Of a stretch of DNA of 64,000 nucleotides, positions 1-12,100 are shown piece after piece. Position 1 is the first letter of the stretch, and the number at the start of each line of letters is the position of its first letter. Origin of the DNA: Piedraia hortae CBS 480.64 (Eukaryota); NCBI GenBank assembly GCA_010093745.1, contig MU005983.1, forward strand, positions 1 through 64,000. Reading direction: 5' to 3'. Made by a program: the position numbers and the translations under genes. The notes beneath the pieces were generated by a model. The model was not told the DNA's origin. It searched no databases and saw only the letters and a list, made by a program, of their open reading frames with translations.

Positions 1-149
1 ACGCGTCAACTAGTTTTCCGTAGAGATTTGTATGCAGGTACACATCTGCTCACAATTATAATAACTTGCTATGCAAGTGCCCTGCATACGCGCTAGCGGC
101 GATGCTTGAATCCAACATTTAGTTCATTATCTCCGCGCTTTACAAGCTC

Positions 150-1440
150 AGATGCTTAAACCACGAGAATGCTCAAAGAAGTTGGGAAAGGTTGTGATGG
201 CGGGCTTGGCAAGTAAATTCCCAAGACTAGGAGGTTCAACAGGACCGGTGCAGGAGCTTTTGGTTCAAGCACTTCGACGATTAATTCTTGATCTGTTGTA
301 TTGGCGGGATCCCAGGCGGATATTCGCAATTCACAAACGAGATTGTCGTTCGACATTGTCATAGGATACCAGTCTGAGGATTTTGAAACTGATTCGGAAA
401 AGATCTTCTTGACCTTTTTATCAGAAGCTCAAATACTTACGTACAGTGTAGTTCATCGAGACAACAGTGGGTTAAGAAATTTGATTCGACTATGGTAATA
501 TATGATACAAAAATGCCAAAAAGTCGCGTCTAAATGCATATGATACATGGGTATGAACATGGGTATGGCGAGATATCATGAAGAGCGCAGAATGCAATAC
601 TTCACCGCAGTTCTGCGATAACCATGACGGCCTGGTTCCTGCCTTGCTTTTCTTGATCAAAAAGGCGGCGATCTGCTCACAATAACCCATTTGCAAGTTA
701 TGGTCTTCCAGAAAATTCGTCGCCACTGTCCTGGGGTCCTAGTTGGAGTTGAAGGGGAGCTTCAGCGGAAGGGCACCCTCCTGAACCTCGACGTCAAACA
801 CGTAACCATACTCTTTGCCATTATGCATTTTCTTCTAAGATCCGCTACCTTCACCTGACACAATGGTGCCGATGGTGTTCCATTGACTCGAGGACGGAGA
901 CCAGATGTGAAGGGTGAAGGTGCCATTGCTCCGGCGAACTAAACGCAGCTCGCCATCGCGCTGGTCAGACTCTGTTTTCAACGTCGCTGGGCCCGGGAGA
1001 TCCTTGATGTTGAACGGTAGACCCTGATTGACAATTTCAACGAGAATTGCAAACGATTTGTTGCTTTCTTCAAACGCCGTTAGCGTCTCGACGTTTGCCT
1101 GGCGCTTAGAATCACGGGAAAAGATGTGGAACATTTTGTTGCTGGCTCCCGTGACAATGTCATTCGTCTCTGGACAAGCAGCCACAGCCCAAATGCTGAT
1201 GGCTGGGTGGGTAATGGTCTAAATGCACTTTCCATCCTGTCAGGCGCGCACTGTGCGGTCTGCGCAATGTCGCCATTGGGTAAGACGGCAAGCCCATAGA
1301 TGTGGCTGGTATGATCGATGCCTGCCGATGCAAAGTCGGCGCTCGACCAATGATTCTCTGGTAGTTTGCAGAAGCAGCGAACGACGTCGGTGTGGCCCTT
1401 GATTGTGTAATCCGACTCCCAGTTCTCACTGGAACGTTAC
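150..1440 (-). pseudogene. DOA1: Doa1/Ufd3/PLAA ubiquitin-binding protein, disrupted (WD40 end + PFU + PUL fragments)
   Basis: Minus-strand translation gives a WD40 tail (..WAVAACPETNDIVTGASNK..) then a PFU-type segment KKMHNGKEYGYVFDVEVQEGALPLKLPFNSN*DPRTVATNFLEDHNLQMGYCEQIAAFL. In-frame TAG stops at ~835 and ~740 plus frameshifts. Boundaries approximate. Confidence 0.8.
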
Positions 1441-1764
1441 CTTAATCGCTATGTTTCACGACGGACATGTTGGAGACCTAAATAACACTGCGAGATGCTT
1501 ACTGAACTCACATGCGCTCCTTCCATGTACAAGTATCATTATTCGACTAACTACTCTCGAGAACTGGGTGTATGGTTTGACGTGGATTTATAACCTATCT
1601 AGACCTCTAGCTTTGCGTAAACTCTCTTTCAAATTGTTTGTCCGTTGAAATTTCATTCCAGATTCGTCTTTCTTCGAAACGTTGTCATTAAATTCTTGAT
1701 GGCTTGGGACTTTCTTTTCGGGCTTGTTGTTTTTTGAAACTTTCTTCTCATATGCATTTTGCTT

Positions 1765-2035
1765 AGAAAAGGGACTTGGAAGCTGCAGGTCGGCAGGGCC
1801 ATTACGTTGCTCAAGAGAGGGACTTGGAAGCTGTTTGCCCAGTTGAGCGAGGGGTTGCCTAGGAGAGTGACTTGGAAGCTCCTGGTCAAGCTGAGCAAGG
1901 CGCCGCCCAGGAAAGGGGCTTGGAAGCTGCAGTGAGCCGACTTGATCATTGCGCTGCTTAAAAGGGAGGCTTGAAGCTGCAGGCTGGCTTGTCCGTCGCG
2001 CTGTTTCTGAGAGGGACTTGGAAGTTGCAGGCTGA
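1765..2035. repeat. ~48-bp period minisatellite, ~6 diverged copies
   Basis: Core gggacttggaagctg or variants starts at 1771, 1819, 1867, 1915, ~1965 and 2013; encodes SFQ(V/A)P(L/F)L-type repeats in ORF 1653-2195(-). Confidence 0.8.
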
Positions 2036-2089
2036 CTTGACCGTTATGCTGCTCAGCCAAAGGTTTTGGGAGCAAAGTTGTCATGTTTT

Positions 2090-2690
2090 CTGCGATAGAT
2101 GAATGTATGGCCTTTGAGGAATTTCTGGCTGGAATGTTGTTGTTCGAGGAAAAGTCGGGGGAGAAGTTGCAGATTTTATAGTAGCGATGCGCCAAGAATT
2201 TTTTCGTGCCTTAGGCCAGTTGTACAGGGCTTGAGCACATTGAGTCATAACTTATAAGTTCTTCTGACACTCATATCTATGCTCTCCTGAGTACTCGATT
2301 ATCCTGAATCTATCTGCATGGCAGACTTGTGCTCACTTTGGATGAGAACTTCCATTATATTTTGATGGATATATATAAGTAATGCCCCTTCAGCGACAAA
2401 TGCCAAATAAACCGTTGAGGTTGCGGAGCCAAACTTGGCGTTCTCCACTCTCTTTGTGGTGACACGACGATGCTTGAGCGGAGTGCGCCGAAATATATTT
2501 CCTACTTTCAAGTGCGGCCTTAAATTAACATCACTCAATGCCATCATGGCAAACAATGGATACAAAGGCCTGTGATTCTCTGACCCAACACCGCCTGAAC
2601 AATACGATTCCAAGCAATGCGCTATCCGATGAATTCACAACATTCTCATCACGTCCCACACGGGACACATCAGCGGACCTCTCAATCTCC
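2090..2690 (-). repeat. Degenerate dispersed repeat, copy A (unidentified coding relic)
   Basis: Shares collinear blocks with 8690-9960, e.g. gccaagaatt..gcc..ggccagttgtac, gcatggcagact, aacttccatt, catggcaaacaat, acaccgcctgaacaa, caagcaat..gctat. Confidence 0.7.
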
Positions 2691-3934
2691 TTATTCAAAG
2701 TTAGAGGTGATTAAACTGATTTTCCCGGATGCCTAACAAACTTTCGACCAATAAGCGACGCTATGTAAAAGCAGGTCCATCGGTCCGGAACGTCCCGCCG
2801 CATGCCTAAGTTGTTGCAGTCTGAATCCGTCCTGCGACTTTCCCCTTTCATGCGTTGTTATGAAGATTTTTGTACCATACCTTGAATGCTTTCGAGGTCC
2901 AGATACCTACTTGCATTCGAAATTGGATGTATAGGAACTTACAGACTGTCATCCATGATGTCCAGAATTCACTGGACTCATGCTGTGCTTGATCTGAGGA
3001 CGGGAAACATGACTACCCCCAAAAGGGAATGCTCGCAGCATCTTCATGTCCGTGGTCGCATGGCATCGTAACCACAAGCTCACACTACAGAATAGAAATC
3101 ACGCGCGAGGTGTCACCATGACCTTGGCGACCGTTTGGCCAGGTCTTGCATTGTTTAAAGGCCTTAAAAGGTGCTGTGCTCAAATTTGGCGAGTGTTTAT
3201 CTTTCGCGCCCTCTGACTTTGATCCGAGTGACTCAGCATGCTCTCTGGCACCGCTGCGACTTTAGTCACCTGTGCGGAGGCCGTATTTGACCTTGCGTTT
3301 TATCTTGGGTCGAGCCTTCTGCAGCTCGTAGTTCTAATGCAACACATTAGTCAAAGACGGTACCATATTCAGTTGCTTTGGATCAAGTGGTCACTTGTCC
3401 CACTTAGCTTGCGCAGTATGATGAGCCTGCTTATGACCGGTTGGCTTAATTCTCCTGGCCCTGACACTGTCACTTCCTGTACTTTACAGCTAGTCTGGTG
3501 GGAAGAGCTTGTTGCACTGCCATGCATAGAGGAACAGCTGTTTTTCATTCTCATACTCATATGCCACAGTGTCCTCTTGGCCGTGCGGGTTGAAGGCCGC
3601 AGTTTCGCCGCGAGAGGAAGTCAGGAGACCTTAACAGTAACCCTCAGAAAGGATTAATCTTGTATGCATAAGCCTATAGCTTCGCATCCTCAGGCAGGCT
3701 GGACTCAGTATCGATCACTTCACGCTCAATATTATAAGTGTCTTCTTGTTGTTCCGGCATTTGGTCTGATGTGCTATGATACACGTGGAGTTCGAACGAG
3801 AAATCAGGAATCCAGAACACTCAGGCTTATCTAAACATCATGCAGGCCATGTCTAATCATTGTGCACCCTGTTTACCAAATATTGAGGCAATGTCTCTGA
3901 ATAAAGATTAACCACGATGCAAGGAATTTCTTAT

Positions 3935-4225
3935 GGTGCGTTCGGTTGACCTCTTTGAACCTCTTTAAATCGCTTTAAGATCATAAATGCATGTAATTTT
4001 GAAATCAAAAGCGGCGCGTTCGGTCTGTCACCTCTTCAAATTTTCCATTTTAATGCTTTTTTGAATTCAAAAGCGGTTGACCGCAGATCTTGCCCTAAAG
4101 AGGAAAAGCTAGCGCGAGTTCTCGCTGGAAACAAAACGAGGGTTCGACCCTATTTTTCTTTTCCCACCCTCTTTAAAATTCCGCTTAAAGCGCTTGAAAA
4201 TTCAAAGTAATTTGAGGTGACCGAA
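3935..4225. mobile_element. Possible degenerate MITE (PIF/Harbinger/Tourist-like ends)
   Basis: AT-rich. Two direct units start gg(t/c)gcgttcggt (3935, ~4013) and end ttttgaa(a/t)tcaaaagcgg. Right end gaggtgaccgaa is an imperfect inverted match to ttcggt..acctc. Confidence 0.35.
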
Positions 4226-4493
4226 AAATCTGACTTTTACATCGCACTTCCAATCTTTTTAACATAAAGTTTTCATACACGGCCTCACTGATTATGGGTG
4301 CGTCTATATGAGTGATTTTCTGGGCTCACCGCGTAGAAGTTGATATCGCTTATCGCGGGGGTTTTCCACGACAGGTAAGGATCGCGGACCTAGCGACAGC
4401 TATCACGTGGTAAGCTTACCACGCAACTTTCAAAACCCCTAATGTTACAAGCCGAACTTCACCTTAACTTCATCACACAAAGACCAACTTCTG

Positions 4494-5740
4494 ATGATGT
4501 GCTCAGAACTCTGTGATGTGCCCACCTTACCTTACTTTGAGTCATATCATAGCTATGAGCCGGACGAATATCACACTGTGCATTTCGGGAATATCCTGCA
4601 TAATGAGCGGTACAGAATTTTGCACAAGGTAGGCTATGGACGGAACGCAACTGTCTGGGCAGCGAGAGATGAACAGAAAGGACTCGTCGTCCTATGTTTA
4701 GATCCAATAAGCATATCAGTTTGCAGAGATGCGTAGCGATCAAAATCTTCAAGGCGAGTGCTCGGCCGAACCGCGAGACAGGCATCATGCGGATTTTGGC
4801 AGCAAATCGGACCAAGCATCCCGGGCTGGCCCACATACCCGTCTTGCTGGATGAGTTTGAGCTTGTAGGGCCGAATGGAACAGATCCTTGCATTGTGACG
4901 GATATTTATGGTGGTCGCGTTGTGCCCGATTCGTCGGACTCTTCTGCCGAATATACTGCCAGTACCGCAAGCAGACTTCAAAAACAAGTTCTACAGGCTG
5001 TGGACTGTTTGCACCAGCATGGAATTGTGCATAGCGACTTGTATCGTGGCAATGTCGTCTGGACAGTATCCGGCGTCAATGACCTTACGGAAGAGGAATT
5101 CCCGCAGCCCTTCGCTCTGCGAAGGTTTACAGCATGTGGGGCACATCTGGACTCTCTTGGCCAAACAAGCCCGAATGCCTTGTGCTGCATGACTATTGTC
5201 CCGATAAAGTTGTGAATGAGGACAATAACATGCTCCTAGGTTTTGGGTGTGCGTTCTACCTGGGGTCTGTGCCAAACGAGATAACAATCCCGCTTCGATA
5301 CCGTGCTCCAGAGATCGTTTTCCGCGTCAATGTCGATAAAAAGGTAGACGTATGGAGCGCTAGTATCTTGGTACGGTGATCTATACTACCGACACCCCGG
5401 CAAGCTAACCTCAGTAACGTTATGTGCTCTTGACCATCCGCGAACTAGTGGGTTACGCTGCGCTGAAAGAGGAACACATCAGCGAGCTGCTCCCAGTGAT
5501 AAATTACCCATTCCCTGTACGTTGGTAGAGAGCATAGCGAGAGATCTTACGCGATGGCGGGTGGGACCCCGATAGCATGCTCAGCATTGAGTCCTACGGT
5601 GAGCCCGTAAGCATTCAAGCGAGAATTGAAGCATATTTCTATGACCGCGGTCGAGATTTCTTGCAGAATCTGCCAGAAGAAGTATTCTGCAAGGCCGAGG
5701 AGATGTTCGCTAGATACTACGATGGAAGCCCAAGGGGCAC
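4494..5740 (+). pseudogene. SRPK/Sky1-like (CMGC) protein kinase, disrupted
   Basis: YEPDEYHTVHFG..RYRILHKVGYGRNATVWAARD, VAIKI, LLDEFELVGPNG, HSDLYRGN, YRAPE, VDVWS spread over three frames. DFG reads GFG; frameshift near 5150-5215; stops downstream. Confidence 0.8.
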
Positions 5741-5949
5741 ATGACAGCAAGTCAAACTTTTCAGCTGTGCTGGTTCAAAGATCCTTCTCCTTTGCTCGAT
5801 TCTTGATGACTATAGTTCAGGGTGATCTTGAGGCACTTCAGCGCCGAACGTGGCACGGCCGAACAGATTACAGCCGGTTAATATGTGGGTAATAATCAGT
5901 ACCTATAAGCCAACATCGTACGCTCACGCCTGTTCCCGGGGCATATTAC

Positions 5950-7130
5950 ATTCTTGTCGATCGCGGGATTGGGAACTTTTCGTCAACCATCGCTCCAGCA
6001 ATGTTGTTACCCTCAGTCGGCTGCTCCGAAACGCGAAGACCACTTGCCTCCGCGGAGTCCATAGAACCAATGCGGACGTCGTAGGCCTACGCACACCCTA
6101 TCACCAGTAAAACGCTCAAATTCTTCAAGAATAACCCGCAAAGGATCGAGGACCACTTGCTGCAGGTTTTCGAACTGGTGCATAGAAAAGGACACTCATT
6201 TGCATCTCCAATAGGTCTTCCAGGTCGCAATTGTTCCTTGATCCAGCGGTTGATACTTGCACTTGGACTTAGCTGGGGATCAAAGGATAGTTTTATTCTG
6301 CAGGGAAGCGTCGCTGAGTTCGATGTCCTTGACCGCGCGAAGATGCGCCGAAAAGTTATCCACCAAGAGCAAAACTTCATTTTTTTGTCGAACCACCGCA
6401 AGTACCCCAGGAAGATGGCACCAATCGTCCAAGCAGTTGTTCTAGCGCCATGCCATACCGAAATGGCTGGCATTTACCCGCACACACGAAGATGCGCGGG
6501 GCGTTCTTCCCGTTCCGATAAGCCAGATGGGCAGCCGGTCGGGACTATCGGCATTAGTGGTAAAATGAGTCGTTATTCGGTTTTTTCTATTTCTTGTTCT
6601 CGGTTACTGACATGGTGGACAACCAGCGATTTGGCAAAACAACACCAGGGCAGGCCGGTCCCGTCGCAGTTACAGATATCTGCGGGAGAATACTCAGCGA
6701 TTCTTCGGCGCAGCTCTTCCATCTCTGCCTGGCACGACACCGGCTTTCCCGTGCTGCATACCGCTCTAGATGTTGTTCCGGTCCTGGAAGCCGGACAGCC
6801 ATCCTTTACTGAAATGGAGTGTTGGTTGTCCTTTGTATGCAAGCTACTGGCCGCAGAAGAATGCCGTCTTCTCCTTGGTCAATTTGCCGGTGATGGAATT
6901 GGACAACTCAGCTCGACGATCCACTTTTCCAAACAGAGCGGGCCGTTTGTGCGTCCGTGCTCGCTTCCCGCTGTATTAATGGCACACTCATGTTCCCGTT
7001 CAGCGAAACTTTCAATAAGATCCTTCAGTAATTTTTTTTCGATAACCTTCTCATATTTACAGGCAGCTGCCAAGCGCCGAAGAATAACTCAGATTGCGGG
7101 GATAAGTTCAGCGCTTCCCCCATGGGGAAG
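5950..7130 (-). mobile_element. pogo/Tigger-type (Tc1/mariner superfamily, DDE_1) transposase relic
   Basis: Fragments EELRRRIAEYSPADICNCDGTGLPW (NxDETGL-like), AWTIGAIFLGYLRWFDKKM and KYQPLDQGTIATWKTYW in different frames with stops. TIRs not identified. Confidence 0.75.
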
Positions 7131-7615
7131 CAAGAGCGGAATGTGACATGCCACGTCAAACTTTATTTTCATCTGACGTATTTATGTGTGTTTGACATTC
7201 GTCGATTGCTTAATAGGACGTATGTCCATGTCGTCCAAACATTGTTTCGGACGTTGGAGCCGTTTACTAAAGGTTGCAAGACGCGATGCCATACATGTGC
7301 CGTTTCGATTTTCAAATATGCTGTCCCGTGGATCGTTAATTATCTGATGTAGAGAAGAATGATAATTCAAAGAACTTCTGGGCGGGTTCGTATCTCATTT
7401 TGGACCGTAAAGGGTGTTTTGTGCGGGTACGAATTGACGCGGCGCGCGTACATACATTGAAATTTGGTTCTTGCGGGATTGTGGGCAACAGTGGCCATTG
7501 TATTCCCGTTCCTGATGTAGGAAACATGAACGCTGGCCTGCTGCACCGTGCTGCAGTTGCGGAAGGTGACACGTTTTTGAAATTTAGTTCATATCTATAT
7601 ATATACAGGCTAGCT

Positions 7616-8634
7616 TTACATAGATTCTTCCTCATATTCCTGCCCTTTTTGCTCCGAAGCGTTGCTGTCTTTTGCATCATCAGAAGATTCGTCTTCGCAT
7701 TCATACTTAACCTCGCGCAAACGACTAGCGGGCCGTTTCCCAACAACGGGCTTCTCCTGTAGTCCCATGTGGTGCTGAGGACCCCCAAACAGTGACTTCC
7801 TAAGCGGTACCTCCACCACCCTCGTCGTAGACGGCCTCTTAATCATGATCTGCTCAGGATCCACCCTTGTGCAGATTTCCTCCGGTATCTCATTGGTGTA
7901 GATTGTCACGTTCAAGCACAAAAAATGTTTTCGTCGCGATTGTAGGCTGTCGATAGACCAAGGTCTATCAATCCCAGGTCAACTGGCAGGTTATGACTGT
8001 AATCCGATTCGAGGACGTCAAAAGCGAGGAGGAGCTTCTTCCGGACGTCCTCGGGGATAGGCATTGTAGGCTGGCTCTCGGCTGCAAGTCGGAAAACGGT
8101 AGCCCGTGTAGTCTTGCAACATCGACAGAAGATCGGACTGTCGTTTTCAATCTCGGTGAGGAGCGTATCGAAGCAGATGACTGGGAGTGCACCGTTTGTC
8201 GGGATATCTTTCTCCTCGCAGACCACGAGACAGCTGTCGCTGCGCAGGATGACGGGTCCAACTTCACTAGTGTCCTGCTGCGGGATGATTGGGGGATTCT
8301 CTCCTTGACGGTGCGCGAGGAACTCGCAAATGAGTGCGATTACATCTAGGTTGGAGCTCACAATTGCGGGTCGCGGGAGGCTTTGCCCCTCCAACAAGAG
8401 CAGTATGCGATGCAGGCCGTACAGTTTGCAGGCAATGGTGACAAGCTGTTTTGTGCGGTTCAGTTTTCTGTCCTGGTCCTGCAGGATAATGCAACTCGAT
8501 CTGAGTTGGTGGGAGTACAGAGGGAGATCCAATTCCGTGTTAAGCAAGTGATGGCTCCCCGACGACTCGGGCTGTATAAAATGGCCGGCTTGATCGTTGG
8601 GCTGCTCAGCAGAGGGAATTGGGATCAGAGGCAT
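7616..8634 (-). other. Orphan ORF (240 aa) probably continued by a 101-aa ORF across one frameshift; function unknown
   Basis: ORF 7912-8634 has coding-like C/G-ending codons. ORF 7616-7921 overlaps it at an A6/T6 run (7920-7925). Confidence 0.4.
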
Positions 8635-8689
8635 CGTGGTTCTTGCGATAGATGGCTAAAGCTATAGATGGTATGGTGAAAAGATAATT

Positions 8690-9960
8690 GGTTGGTCTTT
8701 GGAGATTCCTTGGCTGGAAAGTTGTTGATGGAGGAAAAGTTGGGGGAGAAAATGAAGATTTCATAGTTGGGTTGTGCCAAGAATTCTTTCGCGCCTCGGG
8801 CCAGTTGTACGGGGCTCGGACACAATGACTTGTGAATGTTTCCAGAGTAATACTTCGTTTGGATCTTCCGACACACTTGCTCTCTTGAATATTCATTTCT
8901 TCTAATTCCATTCCGATGCTGTATGCATGGCAGACTAGTGAATGAAAACTTCCATTGAATTCTGGTAGATATATATCGGGTGCTAGTGTAAAGGTGACCT
9001 TCAGAACTACTCGGGGAAAACGAGACTGAGATATCTTCCTGAAAGTCTAGCTAGCTACAAAAACTTTTCACGCCAACGTGACGTGTCAACGGCATGGGTC
9101 GTTCCGACTAAGACGCCGACTCCAACCCTGCAACAGAGGTGAAGCTCTCCGAATTCGGAAGGGGAGGGTGGTAATCTGCTCATCTCGCTTCGATACCAGG
9201 GGATGGTGGAAATCATACCATGACTTTAGATGTGATGGAAAATCCTTTGTGCCAAGACTACCCCACGCTCCGGCGCGACCGGTGTTGCATTCGCCGTGAC
9301 AACGTGACCACGACCTGGGGAAAATATTCTCCGTGAGGTAAAAGCCCTGACAAGTCTGATGCCTTATCCACCTCAGGCAGGCGTCCGATAACCTTCCATT
9401 GTATTCTGGTCTATATATGTAAGTACTGCCTCTCAAGCTACAAATGCTGAGGAAGCCACTGGGATGGCGGGGCCAAACTGTCAGGGGCTAGCCCTATCAT
9501 CCCATAGTTACTCCATGGGTGTGGCTCACCAGGCGTGTGCGTACCGCGTACTCACGCGCTTTCTGTGCAGGAGCTCATGAGTATATAGCAGGCCCTCTGG
9601 TCCTCTATAGCTTCCATACGAGACAATATCTTGCTCGAATCTGGGTCCGTACACATCCAAAGTGCTTCCCTTCACACGAACTAGGAGTTTTTCCAACTAT
9701 TAGTGGGAAAGCAACGAAGTTTGAGTGGAGTGCGACGTAATTGAATTGATGGTAATTCTACCTACTCTGCTCTTGTGACCTTGATTTACCATCATTAAAT
9801 GACTCCATGGCAAACAATACATGTATACTAAGGGTGTCTGGCATTCTATAACCCGACACCGCCTGAACAACGCTGTGATCACAAGCAATATGCTATTCGA
9901 TAAGCTTGGTAACATCCTCACCATGCACCACATGAAAGATGTCAGCAGGCCTCGGCCTGC
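8690..9960 (-). repeat. Degenerate dispersed repeat, copy B, with insertions and an internal duplication
   Basis: 8690-8985 matches ~2090-2380; 9390-9480 again matches ~2350-2440; 9740-9960 matches ~2490-2690. Confidence 0.65.
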
Positions 9961-10049
9961 GTACATAAGGGGAAGTGGTCCACTCTGGACACGGTAGCGA
10001 GGAACAGTGGTCCATCCTCTGGGTAATAATCCTTTGTTGCCTCGGGTCA

Positions 10050-12100
10050 TACTCAGTGAGTTCCATCAGCAGCGTGGAGCATTCGCAACATGCAATTTCG
10101 ATACATATCGAAATTGCATGTGGTTTGATTATGTATTCAAACCAACTATGTAGCGATCAAGCCATCCATCCATCTAATCTCATTCCTGAGTTTCCTTCGT
10201 CGCTTCTTGGACATATTCGATCTCACTCTTTCTTCTCTGATACGATCCACATCCAAGTCCAAGGTCGTAATCAACTTATCGAAAAAACCGACCACATCAT
10301 CGACGTAGCCTTGGCCGCTCGGTCATTCAGATCGATAAGTAGTTGGTGCATTTCATTTCTCAGGTTGAGGAGTTTTAAAAGCGTCCGGGATTCTTCGAGA
10401 GATCTGGGGCTTGGTGCAAATTCAGCCTTGTCGCCCGCCTCCGTTCATGCTGGAGTCGTTTTCCACGGTATCACTGTCGCATTCATCGTCAGTGTCTGCA
10501 TCGTGATCGCGCAAAGCAGCAAACGGAGAAAACTCATCCACGAGGATAAGCTCTTCATGTCACCAGAATGGCGTCGTACGAGAATCGCTTGAGGGAAGCA
10601 AAGAAGCGATTTCTGTTTCGAAGTGGTTGCAGGATATGTTTTCACAGGGGAAATCGGGATTGGAGATGGATAGGGCAAGCGCACAACCAATGTACGGGGT
10701 TGGTGTGGTACTTTCTTAGCGATTCGTCGCTGACGGCCTTCATCTCAAGGCGTTGCCAGTCTTTTTGGAAAGGCTTTCGCCAGCTCGCCCTGTCGTTGGC
10801 TAGAAGATTGTTGGCGTGTTCCAAAGTATAGGGCAGCATTCTATCCACAGGGATAGACGTCACGAAATCGATGCTAAGATGACTATATTAGTGCAGATAG
10901 CCATGTTTGATATTCGCCAGTGACTCTCTGCAATCGTGGTGGTCTTTGAAGTAGGTATCATATCAGGGGGGTTGGAGCGTACCTATGGCTCCCACTTTCG
11001 TGGCTGATACCAGTTGGCTCATGAGGCTCAGAGCTGGTACTTGTCATCTTGCCTGCACCAGCGATACGCCTCGGTAGCGCACTCCACGTGAACTTCTTGT
11101 GGAAACCTCAGCAAGTCCCTAAGGTCCAGGATTATTGAATGTACATCAAGCTGCCTGTAGAACATATTCAGGGCAATCTCTCTCTCTCTCGTGGCCAAAA
11201 AATCTCGCATCTGACTGCTGCGCAGAACTCTCGCCCATGAGACTTACATACCCCAATCTGGTTGTGGTCCACTCACATGCTGGGGGCAGAGTCTCAGCAT
11301 ACTTCTGCTCGGAAATGGCCTTTCTTTCGCGTCCTCCGGATAGTAGCTACACATATGCTGGTCTTGCATTGTACTAAGTATTTGAGAGGTGCAGTGTTCA
11401 ACTTTGGACTGTGATCATCCTTCCGATCGTCCGGATGTGACGTGCGTCACTCAGCATGTCACCTGGCCAGCAGCAGTTGCGACGCCCAATGAGTGCTGCT
11501 GTGCTGGAGCGTCAACATTGTAAACCTGCGGATCCAGCACTATTGCGCTGCCAATTTGTGCCAACTGAAGTTCGTCACCACGCAATGCGCCGATAGAACA
11601 TCTTATTCGTTGCTGCTGCTGGGACAAACCCCATGCCGAGTGTCCGCGACTGGAACACTTTACCTTCCTCTATAGCGGTTGGGACAGAGTGTAGTTCGTT
11701 CAAAAAGTCGCTTGTTTCTGTTGCTACGAGATGAGGAGACCTCGACTTTGCTCCCGCCCCCGAAGCCATTTGCCATGCCAAACATTGCGCTGGAGTTTTG
11801 CACTCTCTTTGCATTGTGCATCCCTGGCCTAAGTCTGTCAGGAAATCATACGATGGTCGCATTGGAAATTGGAGCAACCTTGCGTCCTTGTCCTTTATCG
11901 CATGAGCTTCAGCTCGATGATTTGGCCGTCCATTCGTTTCCCTGGCGGCACAGGCAACGCCAGCCCGTTAAGAGCTTTCATAAGCTACTGCCAACCATGA
12001 TACACCCTTTCATGCCCATTGCCGCTATGGGACTTCATCTCGCATACGTAGAACAGGAAAACATGTTGGTGTTCGGTCACCAGGAGATTGAAGCCTTTAG
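10050..12100 (-). mobile_element. MULE/Mutator-like transposase relic with SWIM zinc finger
   Basis: Fragments EVHVECATEAYRWCR, NWYQPRKWE, IPTSKTTTIAESHWR, ASWRKPFQKDW, YHTNPVHWLCACP..SRF..KHIL (SWIM CxC..CxH remnant). Many stops and frameshifts; boundaries approximate. Confidence 0.65.

Noticed and set aside
1765..2035. CRISPR-like repeat/spacer pattern
   Set aside because: The core is only ~15 bp and degenerate, the spacers resemble each other, there are no cas genes, and the context is eukaryotic; it is a minisatellite.
4135..4155. GGTTCGACCC tRNA T-loop/B-box-like motif
   Set aside because: No cloverleaf or A-box could be built around it.
6157..7146. 329-aa plus-strand ORF
   Set aside because: It is antisense to the pogo transposase relic and has no recognisable motifs.
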